A stretch of 64,000 nucleotides of DNA from Lama guanicoe (lineage: Eukaryota): contig MU056050.1 of NCBI GenBank assembly GCA_013239625.1, positions 6,465,715 through 6,529,714 on the forward strand, read 5' to 3'. The notes beneath the pieces were generated by a model that was not told the DNA's origin, did not search any database, and worked only from the letters and a program-made list of their open reading frames with translations. Positions 26,001 to 40,032 of the stretch are shown here, in pieces. Within the stretch, counting starts at the first letter, position 1; each line of letters starts with the position of its first letter. Position numbers and translations under genes: made by a program.

Positions 26001-29000
26001 GTTCCAGCAGGGCACTAGGAAGTGTCCTGTCGGATTTTCTAGGCCAGTCCCACTTTCCTACATCTAGGCCTTTGGTCAGACCATGTGTCCAGAGTTCTGG
26101 ATCAGAACATGTGTTCCCCATAAATAAGAAGCCTAGAAAAGAAACGTGGAGCAGCTGGCTCCAGCCTGCTCTTGTCAACTCAGTCATTCGAATGTCCCCC
26201 TCCACACCAAAGTCTTCTGCAGCCAGCTGCAGCCAGCTCTGTTCTTGCTCAGAGCTTTCTTTTAAATGGATCCTTATGTCTGGGTATTTCAGCATAAATC
26301 CTGGCGCCCCATCTGCTGCCTAAGGGGTTGTGTTTCCTTAGAAAGCTACCAGCTCTCACGGGCAAGGCCTACCCTTTCCTCCTTCTTGTGCTCCTGGGAA
26401 CAGGGCTCTGGCACCCAGTGGATACTCTTTGTTGAATGCTTATTATGTACTGACTCTGAGCTAGGCTATTGTGGGGAATAAAATGAAGTCCTTGCCCTCA
26501 CGAACCTGGCATTCCAGTGCAGGGTGAAGGGGGTCAATGTGTGTGCGGGGGGGAACCAGGAGAAGGCACTTGTTCTGCCAAAGGTACTGGGCACTGAGTA
26601 CTAGGTCCTGGAGGCACAGCATCAAAGCAGGCCTGGTACATGGACCAGGAGGGACCAACAGCCAGGCCGGTGCTGTGGCCCTCCTTCCAGAGGAAACATT
26701 TTCTCTCAGGACCCTGGTTGGAGGTGACACCATTGGCCCTGGTCAGCTGCCCACTACCCACTGCCACATCCCTTACCCTTTTCCCCACCACAAGCAACAC
26801 AGGTTGGCCAAGGCCACACAAAGAGCTGTTCATCCATACATCTACGAGGAGCCAGACTGCTGTTTCCTTGAAGGCCAAGGGGAGGAGGAGGTGGCTTCCA
26901 GGTCCCCCTCAGAGCAGAGGGCACAGATCAAGGAGAGAAACAGCGGCAGCCTTCCTTGGAGAGCTGTTGTTGATGTCTCTACTGCCTGCACTGACTACAT
27001 GCCTGGGGGTGAATCAAAGCCCACAGCCCCTCCCCAGTGTCCCCCACTCCTAGCCTGCTCCAAGAGGCCTTCCAGCAAGGCAGACGTCTGGGGCCCTAAG
27101 CCGTGCCATGAAGGTTGAGGAGCCCAGGCAGACTGTCTGGCCTGGCGTTCGGCTGGAAGGGGAGAAACTATTGCCTTGGGAATAAACCAGTGAGGACTGG
27201 TCCCAGGCAAGGTGGCGGAGCAGAGGTCCCAGGAGGCTGCAGGGATGGTGGGTGTGGAGATGGACTGCTCAGCTCTCAAGAGAAACTGCTGGGGGGAGTG
27301 GAGTTCACCAACAGCCCCAGGGGCTCTACTTTGAGATCCATGGTGGTGTTTACATCCAGGCCATTGTTTCCCCCAGGCCAATGACTAAGTCTGGCAAGGA
27401 TACCAATCCCAGCCCATCCCTGGAACATGGGACTCTTCCAACAGGCTAACCTTGCTCAGGGATTTCCTGTCAATCTAGCCAAGACTTTCTCAGAACCATG
27501 CTGGGGTCTGAGACCCCTCCCACCCACGTCTCCTTCCTTCCCCCTCTCCTTTCTCAGGTGTCAGTCCTTCACTTTTACTTCCTCTCCTGTATCCTTCACG
27601 GATGTCTCCCCCAATGCACATTTAACTTTATCTTGATGTCTGTTTCTCAGACATCATTCTCTTTATCTTGATGACTGCTTCTCAGAGGAACCCCACCCCT
27701 ACCAATCACTGAAGGCAAAGAGCCAGTGGATCAAGATGAGTAGCCTAATAGATACATATGCCACTTGAAGCCCAGAAAGTCCACTACCCACTGGCAAGAG
27801 AGCGCTGTTTCCCCAGGTCTGGGGGAGAGGCTGAGCATGCGCTCCTGCCCGATGGTCTAGAAGGACTCCCAGCCTCACACCTTCCCATCCTGCTGAAGAG
27901 AACCTGTACCAACTCTCCCCCTCAGCTCAGGGGTCTCTAATTTCCTCAAATAGGTGTCTTGGAAACCCCCCTCCACCAACATGTCAAAATATTTATTCAT
28001 TTTAATTCAAAAAAGACATCCATATGTACCTCACTCTACCCAAGAACTGTGTCCTTGAGAAGCTGAGTGCAAATGAAATTGGGAGGGAAGCAGATCCTAG
28101 TGTACACACCCCAAGAGGCTCCCAGTGAAAAGGAACTCTGCCAGTCAGCATGTCGTGCATCTGAGTTGACAGCAAAGTTGACGGCAAAGCTGATGAAGAA
28201 GGGTCCCCTTCAATGTGCCCCAAGGCATTTTTCCAAGGTGGGTTCGCTGTGGAGAAGTCAAACAAATAGCCACTGCGGCAGGTCCCTGGCCTAGGGGAGC
28301 TCCCAGCCCATGGAGGAGACAGGAGCCAATGGAAGAACAATAGGCCACAGAGAATGAATTCGAGTAGCATTTGAGTAGCATTGCTAGTTCACTAGTTCTG
28401 AGGAGCACGAGTGAGTTTTGGCAAGAAGAGGCAGGGAGGCCACTGAGGGTGGGCACCCAGGACTGGCCTCAAGCATCCCTGCCACCACTGCATAAGGCTG
28501 TCCCCTTTCTGCCTCTCCCTGTCTATCCCAGCTACAGCCGAGTCCTCCTAACTCTGCTCCCTAGGCTTGGCCACATGGTTGGCTGCCTGGGGAGGCGCTG
28601 GCATGGTTCCCAGTGCCAGAGGTGGGGGTGAAGATGTGTGGGCTTCCTGGAGTGTGGCCAGCCCGCCAGCCCCAGCTGCAGGGCGCAGGGCCAAGTTGAC
28701 AATGCCGGCCTGCGGAGACCGAGTGACAACTGCTGCCTATCGCCTCCAAAATACCAGTTGAGATTTTTCTCCTACTTTGGGGTTTTGAAACTATTTCTAG
28801 TTCTATTATGCCTTGGTTTGCCCTAGTTTGCCTTTTCTTTGTAATGGTGTTAATGGCCGTGCCTGGAGATGAGGCAGGCAGGGCAGAGCATCAGCCAAAA
28901 GAAGTGTGGTGTTAGCAGAATGTGCCCTGGGACCTGGCAACTTCTCTTCTTGTGCTGCATCTCCCATCCTTGTGGCCTAAGCCTCTGGGCAGTCCCTCCC

Positions 29001-29806
29001 AGGGCTTATCCTCGGCGGACAGGACCAACAGGGCTCCCACTTTATCCTATTATCTCCCCCATCATGACATCCCTAAACTCTGGCCCATTCTCTCAGCTTC
29101 CAGCTCTCTGCTAGAAAGGAGGACATTCACTCTGTCCTGGGCTGCCTTCTCCTTTCATTGGACACCCTCTCCCCGACAGTCTCACCCATTCCCATGGCCT
29201 CATTTACCATGTATATGCCATAAACTCCACATTTATTTTTTCAGCCCCCAGATTTTCTCTAAACCCTGGGTTTACATCTCCAACTGCCTTCTCCATAAGG
29301 GTGGTTCACAGGCACCTCAAAGTCCACATGTTGACAACTGGACTCACCATCTCCACTCTACTCCACCATCAAACCACATACTCCTCTAAAAAAAGAAAAA
29401 AAACTTCTCCTGCCCGAGTCTCAGTAAATAGCACTACCATCTTTCTCGTTATTCAAGCCAGAAAACACGAGGACACCCTGAACCCTTTACTTCACCTGCC
29501 ACCCACATCCAATCTATCAGCAAGTCTTGCAGCCCCACCTCCTGAATAGCTCTCAGATGTTTTCACGCCTCTCCAGTCCCACTGCTGCTTTTTTAGTTAA
29601 GCCCACCAGCAGCTCATTCATAGACAACGTAATCTCTTAATTGATCTTTTTGTCTTAGTATTTACCTCTTGCACATTCAAGAGACTACTAGAAGGCCACC
29701 AGCTTTTCCTTAAAAACAAATATGATCATGTCCCTGCTTAAAAGTCTCTACTGTGTCTTCTGCTTCCAACCATGTTGGAGTAAACTGCATCAGACTTTTT
29801 CTCCCA

Positions 29807-29968
29807 GTGGGAGGGTATAGCTCAGTGGTAGAGTATGCCCTTAGCATGCACAAGGTCCTGGGTTCAATCCCCGGTACCTCCAGTAAAAATAAATAGACAT
29901 ATAAACAAACAAGCCTAATTACCTCCCTCCCTAAATAAATAAACAAACAAACAAATAAATAAATAAAA
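29807..29968 (+). mobile_element. tRNA-derived SINE (camelid Vic-1 type)
   Basis: GGGAGGGTATAGCTCAGTGGTAGAG...GGGTTCAATCCCCGGTACCTCC with (AAAT/AAAC)n tail. Confidence 0.88.
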
Positions 29969-32309
29969 GCTTTTGAGAAAGACATTCAAAAACCTTTTTC
30001 TCCTGCCATTAAAAAAAACCTAGAAAACAACAAAAAACGAAATAGCTGTTTTTAGACATTGGACAACAGGCAGTACAGGACTGCAATCTCTGAGAGAAGG
30101 GAAACAAATGAGGTGAAGTCTCTGATAGCCCTTGGTTTCTGCCAGGAGGCACTTTGTGGACCATGGTGTGAGAAAGGAAAACCTCAGAAGAACATAGTGG
30201 TCTCTCTGAGTTAAAGAGAAAGATATTAGAGTTTGGGAGACTGAGGTATCTGCAATTTGCAGGGCAGAGTTCTGGAAAGGAGAGAGCAACACTGAAAAAG
30301 AGTTCCAGATATCTGCATAGGGGCTTGATTGAATTGCTCAATACTAAAGTGTACATATATAGGGTGAAACTCCAAAAAGCCAAGCAAAGAATTACCAAGG
30401 AGTTGTATACTGACATTCTCAGAGCCCTTACAGGTTTGACAGACATTTAATTTCCCACCAGTCAGAGTAGGGAAACCTTGAGAAAATCCAGGGCATTCAA
30501 CAGAAGCCCCAAGAAAGGTCATACGTTAGCAGTAGGGATAAACTAGCCCTAGAATAAATGCTACTGTAAGCCTGTTCTGATGAGCCTTAAAAACAAGCCT
30601 GGAAAGGCTCAGGCTGATGTGCAAGTAACGTGACTGCCTTGTAGAACAAAGTTAAAAAGAAGACATGAAATCCAGACACTCAATGACGAAACATTCACAA
30701 TATTTAGGATCCAAAACACAAAAAACTAGACAGGTAAGGAAGCAGGAAACTGTGCTGCTTCCAAAGCCAGGGCAAAAATCAGTCCATAGAAACAGAGCCA
30801 AAAATAAGAGAGGGAATTAACAAACAGGAACTTTAAAAGCACTTATTATAAATATACTGAAGCCTTGAAAGGAAAACATGAAAATAGTGATGAAAGAAAG
30901 TTTAAAATTGTATATGTGTATATATATATCCAAATCGAATTTTTAGAGGTGAAAATTACAATATTTGAAATAAATTCACTATATGGGCCGAATAGTGGAG
31001 TAGACAATGCAGAAGAAATTATCAGTGAACTAGAAGCAATAGCAATAGAAACTACCCACAATGAGTCACAGACAGAAAAAGTTAACAGAATGAATGCATA
31101 AACAAAGTGTAGTATATCCATACAAAGGCATATTATCTGCCCATAAAAAGGAATGAAGTACTGATACATGCTAACACATGGATGAACATTTAAAACATGC
31201 TAAGTGAAAGAAACCACCACAAAAGACCACAATTTATTATTCCATTTATGTGAAATGTCCAAAGTAGGCAACACTATACAGACAGAAAGTAGATTAGTTG
31301 TTGCTTAGGGATGAGAGGATAGCTAAAGGGTATGGGGTTTCATTGGAGGAGAAGAAAATATTCTAAAATTGACTATGGGGATGATTGTACATATCTATGA
31401 ATATACTAAAAGCCATTGAATTGTACACTCTAAATGGGTGAATTGTATGGTGTGTGAATTATATCTCAATAAAGCTTTTATTTTTTAAAATGTTAATGGA
31501 GCCTCAGTGACCTATGTTTCAATACCACACAGTGTAATAGAAGGAGCTGGAGGCAGAAAGAAATATTTGAATAAATAATAGCTGAAATTTTGGCAAATCT
31601 TATGAAAACTATAAACTACAGATTCAAGAAGTTCAACAAACCTCAAGAAGGGTAAAAAATGAAGAAAACCAAACCAAGGCACATCATAGCAAATTGTTGA
31701 AAACTACAGATGAAGAGAAAATGTTAACCACAGCCCTAGAAAAAAGACACATTACATACAGGGGCACCAAGCTAAAGATTACCATGAATTCTCAACTAAA
31801 ATGTTGCAAGCCAGATGATAGAGTGACATCTTTAAAATATCCAAAGGTGTACACTATAAGAAATGTTGAAGGATGTTCTTCAGGTTTAAGGATAAAGATA
31901 CTGGATGGAAACTCAGACTTCCAAAAAACAATGATGAGCGCCAGATATAGTAAACATGTGGATAAATATGAAAAGACTTGTTTTCAACCTTTGAAAAACA
32001 TTTTCTTTTAAAGATAATTGACTGCTAAATGCCACTGAATTGTTCACTTTAAAATGGTTAATTTTATATTCCGTGAATTTCACCTGAATAAATTATTTCC
32101 AAAAAAGATAAACGACTCCTTAAAGCAAAAATAATAGCAATGTATTTGGGGAGTGGTTATAATATATGCAGAAGCAAAATGTATGACAACAGTACCACAA
32201 AGGATGGGAGGAGAGAAATCAAAACATGCTGTTTGAAGTTTCTTACTTGTACATGAAGTCATATAATAGGATTTTAAGATGATTGTTATAAGTTAAAAAA
32301 TCCTTGTTT

Positions 32310-32764
32310 CGTTTTATTTTATTTTTTAGTTGAACTATAGTTGCTGTACAATATTATATGTTACAGGTTACTGTATACTGAATCACAATTTTTAAAGGTT
32401 ATACTCCATTTGCAGTTATTATAAAATATTCGCTTTATTCCCCATGTTGTACAATATATCCTTGTAGCTTATTTTATAGTTAATAGTTTGTACCTCTTAC
32501 TCTTCTACCCTTACATTGCCCCTTCCCACCTCCCTCTCCCCACTGGTAACCACTAACCACTAGTTTGTTCTCTATCTCTGTAAGTCTGCTTCTTTTTTGT
32601 TATATTCGCTAGTTTATTGTATTTTTTAGATTTCACCAATAAGTGATTTCATACAGTATTTGTCTTTCTCTGTCTGATTTATTTCACTTAGCATAATGGC
32701 CTTCAAATTGATCCATGTTGCTGCAAACAAAAAATTTTCATTTTTTTTATACTTGAGTAGTATT

Positions 32765-32814
<50 letters not shown>

Positions 32815-32950
32815 TACCACATCTTCTTTATCCATTCATCTGTTGATGGACCTCTAAGTTGCTTCCATATCTTGGCAATTGTAAATAATGCCACTATGAA
32901 CATTTGGGGTGCATGGGTCTTTTTGAATTAGTGATTTTGATTTTTTGGGG
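32310..32950 (-). mobile_element. 5'-truncated L1 3' end containing (TG)22
   Basis: Minus-strand ORF2 C-terminal remnants (MFIVALFTIAKIWKQ; FAATWINL); T-rich tail on the left. Confidence 0.85.
32767..32810. repeat. (TG)22 microsatellite
   Basis: Seen directly in the sequence. Confidence 0.95.
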
Positions 32951-33160
32951 TAAAAGTTTTTTAAAACCACAAAGTACTACTGAATAGCACAGGGAACTAT
33001 ATTCAATATCTTGCAATAGCCTATGATGAAAAAGAATATGAAAAGGAATATATATGTGTATAACTGAATCACTGTGCTGTACACCAGAAATTAACACAAC
33101 ACTGTAAACCGACTACATTTCCATTTTTTAAATGTTTGCTTTAAACCCTAGAGCAACTTT

Positions 33161-33187
33161 ACACACACACACACACACACACACACA
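33161..33187. repeat. (AC)13 microsatellite
   Basis: Seen directly in the sequence. Confidence 0.95.
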
Positions 33188-35124
33188 AAGCCTGGTTATA
33201 GCTAAGCAACCAATGGTGGAGGTAAAATAAAATATGAAAGATTTCAATTATTCCTAGATACTTGTCCCTCCAGGAAGTGGAGCTTAATTCCCCTCCCCTT
33301 GAATATAAGCTGACTTTAGTGACTTGCACATAATTAATAAAATGTGAAAAGGGAAAAACAGTTGGTTTATAGTTGAGAAGTCTGACAAATACCATCTTAA
33401 CCAAGTAATCAAGGTTAACACCACCAGTAAGTCACATTAATGTCATGTGCCCCCTGATAGAATGGAATGACAAGGGCACATCACCTCTATGGTATTCTTC
33501 CCCAAAGTACATAACCACAGACTAATCAAGAGCAATCATCAAACCCAAATTGAGGGACAGTCTACAAAATACCTGACCAGTACTCTTAAAAACTGTCCAG
33601 GTCATCAAAAGCCAGAAAAGTCTGAGAAACTGCCCCAGCCAGGAGGAGCTTAAGGAGACATGATGACTAATTGAAATGTGGTATCCTAGATGGGATCTTG
33701 GAACAGAAAAGGCATTAATGGGAAAATCCAAATGAAGTCTGTAGTCTAGTTAAACATATTGTACTAATGTGAATTTCTTAGTTTTTTTTCCAAGTCTAAA
33801 TATGTTTTTTTAACATTTTTTATTGATTTATAATCATTTTACAATGTTGTGTGAATTTCTTAGTTTTGATAAATACACTACCATGTTTATGTGAGATGTT
33901 AACAGTAAAGAAGATTGGATAAAAAGTATTTGGAAACACTCTGTACCATCTTTGCAACTCTCCTGTAAATCTAAAATTATTTCAAAATAAAAAAAATTTA
34001 AAAGAAAATACTCAGTCTAAAAGAGGGAAGAAAAAGAGGGGAAAGTTGATGGAGTATAAATGGGAAGAACGGAAAACAAATAGAGAAATGGATGCCCTAA
34101 ACCCAGCCATATCAATAACTTCATTAAATGTAAATGTACTCTAAGCAGTGCAATTAAAAGTCAGAGATCATTCTACTGTATTAAAAATAAAATTAGCCTC
34201 AACTTTTTTTTTGCTGTCTGTAAGAAACATCTTTTGAGTACAAAGACACAGATAGGTTAAAACTAAAATGATAGATATATACGAAGGATGTCTATATTAA
34301 TTTCAAAGTAAGTTTCAAGACACAGAATATTACTAACAGCAAAGACATGTATAATGATAGAAGGACCACCTCATCAGGACAATATAACAATCTTAAACGT
34401 GTAAGTACCTAATAATAAGCTTCAAAATACATGAAATAAGAAATAGATAAAGTCACAATTATAGTTGGAGAGTTCAACAGTTCTCTCTCAGTAACTGATT
34501 ATACAAGTAAATGGAAAATCAGTGACAATGTAAAAGACTTGAACAACGTAAAATCAACTTGACCTAATTGACATGAATAGAACACTGCGCCCAGCATCTG
34601 CAGAATACATTCTTCTCTGAGCATATGTGGAACATCTCCAGGATAGAACACATGCTAGACCACGAAACTAGTCTCAATAAATTTTAAAGGACTGAAATCA
34701 AAGAAAGTATGTTCTCTGACCTCAACATAATTAAATTAGAAATCAATAACAAAAAGATGTCAGAAAATCCTTAAATATTTAGATATTAGATGACACACTT
34801 CTAAATAATCCGTGGGTCAAAGTATAAATCAAAGGGAATTGGAAAGTATTTTTAAATGAAAGAAAATCAAAACAACATATAAAACTTGGTGAGATGCCAC
34901 TAAAGCAGTCCTTAGGGGGATGTTTATAGTACTCAGTACCTATGTTAGAAAAGAAGAGACGTCTCAGATCAATAACCTCAGCTTAAAATTTAAGACGCTA
35001 GAAAAGGAAGAGAAAATTAAGCCCAAAGTAAGTACAAGGAAGGAAATAATAAAGATAAGAACAGAAATCAAGGAATTAGCCAAAATTACAGAGAAAATCA
35101 ATGAAAGCAAAAGCTGGTGCTTTG

Positions 35125-35386
35125 GGTTTTTTTTCCAATAGTTAAATAATTGTTTAATTTAATTACATATACTGGTGATATAATTGTATGTAGAATATGT
35201 TCTAATTTTAGATTTTTTTTAGTTGAAGTATAGCGAATTGATAATGCTGTGTTAATTTCTGATGTACAGCATAGTGATTCTGCTATACATATATATTCCT
35301 TTTCATATCCTTTTTCATTATAGGCTATTACAAGGTATTGAATATAGTTCCCTGTGTTATACAGTAGGACTTTGCTGCTTATCCAT
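35125..35386 (-). mobile_element. Short L1 3' end with probable 3' transduction and 17-bp TSD
   Basis: TSD caaaagctggtgctttg at 35108-35124 and 35387-35403. Confidence 0.85.
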
Positions 35387-37799
35387 CAAAAGCTGGTGCT
35401 TTGAAAAGATCGATACTATTGATAAACTTCTAGACAGGTGGTACTAGTTACATGGTTGTATTCATTTGTCAAAACTCATTGAATTGCACATTTTTAATGA
35501 GTGTATTTTATTGTCTGTAAATTATACTTAAAGAACAGACACTTCACAAAGGATGACATACCAATGACCAATAAACACATGAAAAGATGCTCAACATCAT
35601 TAGTTATCAGTGAAATGCAAATTAAAGCCACCATGAGATACTAGTACACACTCATTAGAATGGCTGAAATTTAAAAAAAATAACAATACCAAGTGGAAGT
35701 GGAATTGGAAGCAACTCTCTTACATTGTTGATTGGGGTATAAAGTAGTACAAGCATTGTGGAAGTCAGCTCAGTATTTTCTCATAAAATTAAACGTAAGC
35801 CAATGCTTTGGCCCAGTAATTTCATTCCTATGTATTTAACCAAGAGAAATTAAAACATATGCCCACAAAAAGCCTTGTTCAAAACAGCATTATTTATAAA
35901 AATCCCAAACTAGAAACAGCCCAGGTGCCCAGCAAACAAATTGTGGTATGTCTATACAATGGACCAATAGTCTATTGATATAATGGTATACCAATATACA
36001 TTAAAATTTGTATCAGTATGCAGCATTCACAATGGCATCTTAATACAATGGATAGTCAGCAATAAAAAGGAGGAAGCTGATACATGCTACAACAGAGGTT
36101 ACTTCAACAGCCTTATGCTAATTGAAAGAAGCCAGACACAAAAGGCTAAATACTGTATGATTCAATTTATTTGAAATTCTAGACTAGGAAAAACTAGCCT
36201 ATAGGGACAGAAAGCAAGATAGTGGTAGTCAGGAGTGGGGAATGAGAGTGAGATTGATTGAAAAGGCCTTCAAGAAAACTTTTTACCATGAGGAAAGTGC
36301 TATAAATCCTTATCGCAGCGATGATTTTACACTGGCCACTCCTAGAGTGCTCAGAGCCTGGGAAAATACATTTTGCGTGGTACTTGTCTATAGGCACCAT
36401 TTGAATCATCCAAAATCAGTGTGTCAATACCATTCTGGTTGCTCAGTTTCAGGCAATTGTGTCAAAGAGCTACTGTATTGGCTTGTGGAGCAATCGACTT
36501 GCCATGCTGCCCTCCTGGAACCAGGTCCCAAACATGAGACTCCCAGAGATTATCCCATAGGTGAGAATCTTGAAGTTCCTGGGGGTATCTGGTGGGCCCC
36601 AAGCATGAGGGGTAGGGGTCTTGAGGTTCAAAGTCTGCCTTAAAGGGGAGAAACATTGATCTGGTCCCATGTCAACCTGGGACCCATTCTGTTTCATGGG
36701 CAGCCCATCCTGATGAAATTGTTGATCTTGGCTGTTCCCAGGAACTAAAGGGAACCTTTAAAAATTGTAATGAAGGTGTTGCAAAGCACAGCTCCCTCAC
36801 CACTGAGATTCAGGGCACAGAGCAGGAGCCCCATTTGCCCAGGTCTAAGCTGGTACTGGTTACATGGGTATATATATTTATCAAAACTCGTTGAACTGTA
36901 CACTTACAACAGGTACACTTGTATATGTATATGTACACATTGTATATAAATTATGCCTCAATAAAGTTGAGAGTAACTACTAACAATTAAAAAACTCTTC
37001 TATCTTAGATTCCCAGGACCTACTCCAGACAAAATCAGATTGTTTTCTGTCTACACACTCTGGGAAACCCTTATCTGTCGATTCTCAATTGCCTACAGGA
37101 TCACATCCAAGCCCTTTAGACTGGCATGCAATACACTTCCTAACTCAGCCTTAACCTACCCCTTCAGACTAAGCTCCTGATACTCCCTTCCCTACTCTCT
37201 GCTCCAGACACAATGAACTTTGACTCAATCCCTATCCCTGAACTTTGAACCAATCCCAATCACTCCCCTTTGTAATCACGTGCCTCTACCTGTTAGGTTT
37301 CCCTACTTGAAATATCCTTCTAGTACCGCACCTCCTCCATCCAAGGAATTCCTACCTATCTTTCAAGGTCCATCTGGCATGTCACTTATTTCTGTGCAGC
37401 CTTCCCCAACCCCCAAACAGAGTTGGATAGTCCCTTCTCAGTACTCCCACGAGTCTTGGGGCACACTCTTCATGACTATGACACTTGTCAACAGTGGACT
37501 CTTTGTACCTGTCCTGGGGTTTTCTCCCATACCAAATTGCAAATTCCTCTAAGGCAGGGACCGTACCTTCTTCAACCCAGCACTCAGCACAGTGCCTGAG
37601 ACGTAGTAGGCTCTTGATCCAGCTGTTGAATGAATGGATGGATTGATGAGTCAACGATTGAATCTGTTCCCCTTTTGGGACTCTTAAATGGGAGTCTTCA
37701 CTGGAAAGTGGCTTCACCACAAACAGTGACCTACAATAAGCAAGAAGTTTTAAGAGCTGACCCAGCCCAGAGAGGAGTATTTGACCAGGGGTCCGTTTT

Positions 37800-37977
37800 T
37801 TCCCCCATTTTTTAAAAATTGAAGTATGGTTGATTTATAATGTTGTATTAGTTTCTGGTGTACAGCATAGTTAGTCAGTTTTCATTACAGGTTACTACAA
37901 GCCATTGAATATAGTTTCCTGTGCCATAAAGTAGGACCTTGTTGTTTCTGTATTCTGGTCATAGTAGTTTGTATCTG
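37800..37977 (-). mobile_element. Short L1 3' end
   Basis: attgaagtatggttgatttataatgttgtattagtttctggtgtacagcatag; imperfect TSD gggtcc(g/a)tttt. Confidence 0.75.
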
Positions 37978-39849
37978 CAAGGGTCCATTTTAACTCCTCA
38001 GATTACATCACTGATGTATTTCAGCTTATCTGGGACCTGCTTTGGTGAGATGGCCCAGCCTGGGCCTCAGTCTGTGGCCAACATTGTGTTAGATAGCCAC
38101 TGTCATCAGCATAGTAGTCACTATCCTTTAGTGGGCACTTATTATGTGTAAGGGGCTGATATAAACAATTTTGTATCTTGTCTCATTTAACCTGCACAAC
38201 AGCCCTGGAAAGAAGTTGCTGTTGGATTGAACCAACATGAAACTGGCAATATTCAAGCTTTCAAATAGCATTTTCATGTGGTTCAACCTAATGTTACCAT
38301 CCCTTTTTGGGAGCTGAGGACACCAAAGTTTAAGGAGGTGGAGACCTTCACATAAGTTTGAACACTTAGTGAGGGGCTGAGGCCAGATTTGAATGTCCAT
38401 CCATCTGACTCCAGAGTCCGGGCTACTTCATTCATATTGCCCAGCTTCCATCAGCTGTGAAATTCCTGCTATAAGCCAGTCCGCAGAGGCCAAGAGGTCG
38501 GACAGGGGCGGGCCTGGCTAGGATTTCAAACACTCTTTTGCAGGGGAGATGAGCTGGCTTGGTCTGCGGACGTTAGTCTTTTAGTGGTCATGTTTCCAAT
38601 TTCTCTTTATTCTCTCCCTCTTCCAGAATCCACCTCCTTCACCACACACACATACACATACACACACACCCAGAAGGGAAGAGCCAAGCAGCTGAGTCAC
38701 ACACCACACTGCAGCAGCCTTGACTTTGTTCACGTAGGCTCAGAGGCTCGAGACTCCTGTCCCAGGACCGGCGTTGTCCTCAATTGGCACCCAGAGGGGC
38801 CGCTGCGTTCTCCCCCACACAGTGGAGATGGCTGGACTGAGTGCTTTTGCCCTGGAGAAAGCCAGAGAAGTTGGCAGACGCTCAAGTCCTAAGTCAGAGG
38901 TGAAAAGGCAGGGGCAGCAGTGGGAAAGTCCTACCAGCCAGCTGGGTCTTTGGCCTTGCGGGGAGCCAGCAACAGGTAGTGCCAACCCCACTGCACCAAC
39001 ATCTCCCCTGCCGGTTTACCAAGCCCCGTGAGCTGCCTGCTGGGACAATAGGCCTGGCAGTGTTGGGGGCTGGGAAGGCAGGAGCCATGGTAGAGAAAGC
39101 ACTGGCCTGCCAGGAGGAGCTGGCAGGGACCCCAGTTCAGAGTATGACAGAGCACTGCCTGGACTGGGGTGGGTACGGAAAGGAGGACCAGGGAATACAG
39201 ACTTAGGCAGAGTCTTGGATGTCAGGTGGGCTTGAGAGGGCTGGCTGGGGACTAGAGGGAGAGGCTGGAAGCTCAGGCAGCCCCCCCACCTCATGATGTT
39301 CTACCTTGAGATGAGCGTTGGGGTAGGGGCCGGGAGAGACAGGCTGGCTAAGAAGTAGTCTGGGGCTATAGGCTCTGGGCCACAGGAGGAAAGACAAAAC
39401 CAGAAGGACTTCCTGCAAGAACCCCAGAAGCCTTTCCTGGCAGAACTAGAAAGAGAAGCTGACAGCCCCCAGGATCTTCCTGAAAGACGATTCAAAAGCT
39501 AGTCTTCCTGTTTCCTCTCTTAAGAGGAGGTTGCCTAAGATGCTGCAAAGCACCCTGGGCTGCAAGTTAAGAGGCCCGGCTGCCAGCCCATCCCTGCTCT
39601 CCAGAGCTTTCTATTTCTGGGCCTCACTGTTCCCATCTGTACAGGTGATGAGACAGGGTAGGTAGAGTGGAGTCAGTGCTTTCAGACTTTTCCAGTTTGA
39701 AGGGCTTTCTTTAAACAAAATCTGACAGAGCAGCTCAACATGTAAAGCAGATAAAAATAAGGCTGCTCCAACCCCCCTCCCCTCCCCCAGAGTTTCCCCT
39801 AGAACCTCCATGGCAGCTGAGATCCTCTCTTAAAGATCACTGGGTTAGA

Positions 39850-40032
39850 TCAGTGGTTGGCAGACTTGAGTGTGCATCAGCATCCCTGGGGGGCTTGTTA
39901 AAATACAGCTTGTTGGGCCCCACGCTCAAGTTTCTGAGTTAGTACATATGGGATAGGGCCCAGAATTTGCTTGACAAGTTCTCAGATGATGCTGATGTTA
40001 CCAGTCCAGGAACCACACTTTGAGAACCACTG
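39850..40032. mobile_element. MER5A-like hAT transposon
   Basis: cagtggttggcagac...gaaccacactttgagaaccactg; related copies near 5145-5370, 20580-20730 and 63655-63795. Confidence 0.75.

Larger units (their letters stand above)
29990..36300 (+). mobile_element. Large old degraded L1 (L1M-type) block with several nested younger insertions
   Basis: ORF1-like (31694-32011) and ORF2-like (34920-35141, KINESKSWCF) remnants; nested L1 3' ends near 31090-31490, 32310-33130, 33786-33849 and 35125-35386. Confidence 0.75.

Noticed and set aside
25705..27384. Several overlapping 100-196 aa ORFs
   Set aside because: No homology I recognise and no coherent splice structure; expected by chance in GC-rich intergenic DNA.
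27625..27690. Tandem ~26-nt duplication ctttatcttgatg.ctg.ttctcaga
   Set aside because: Only two copies; simple local duplication, not an array.
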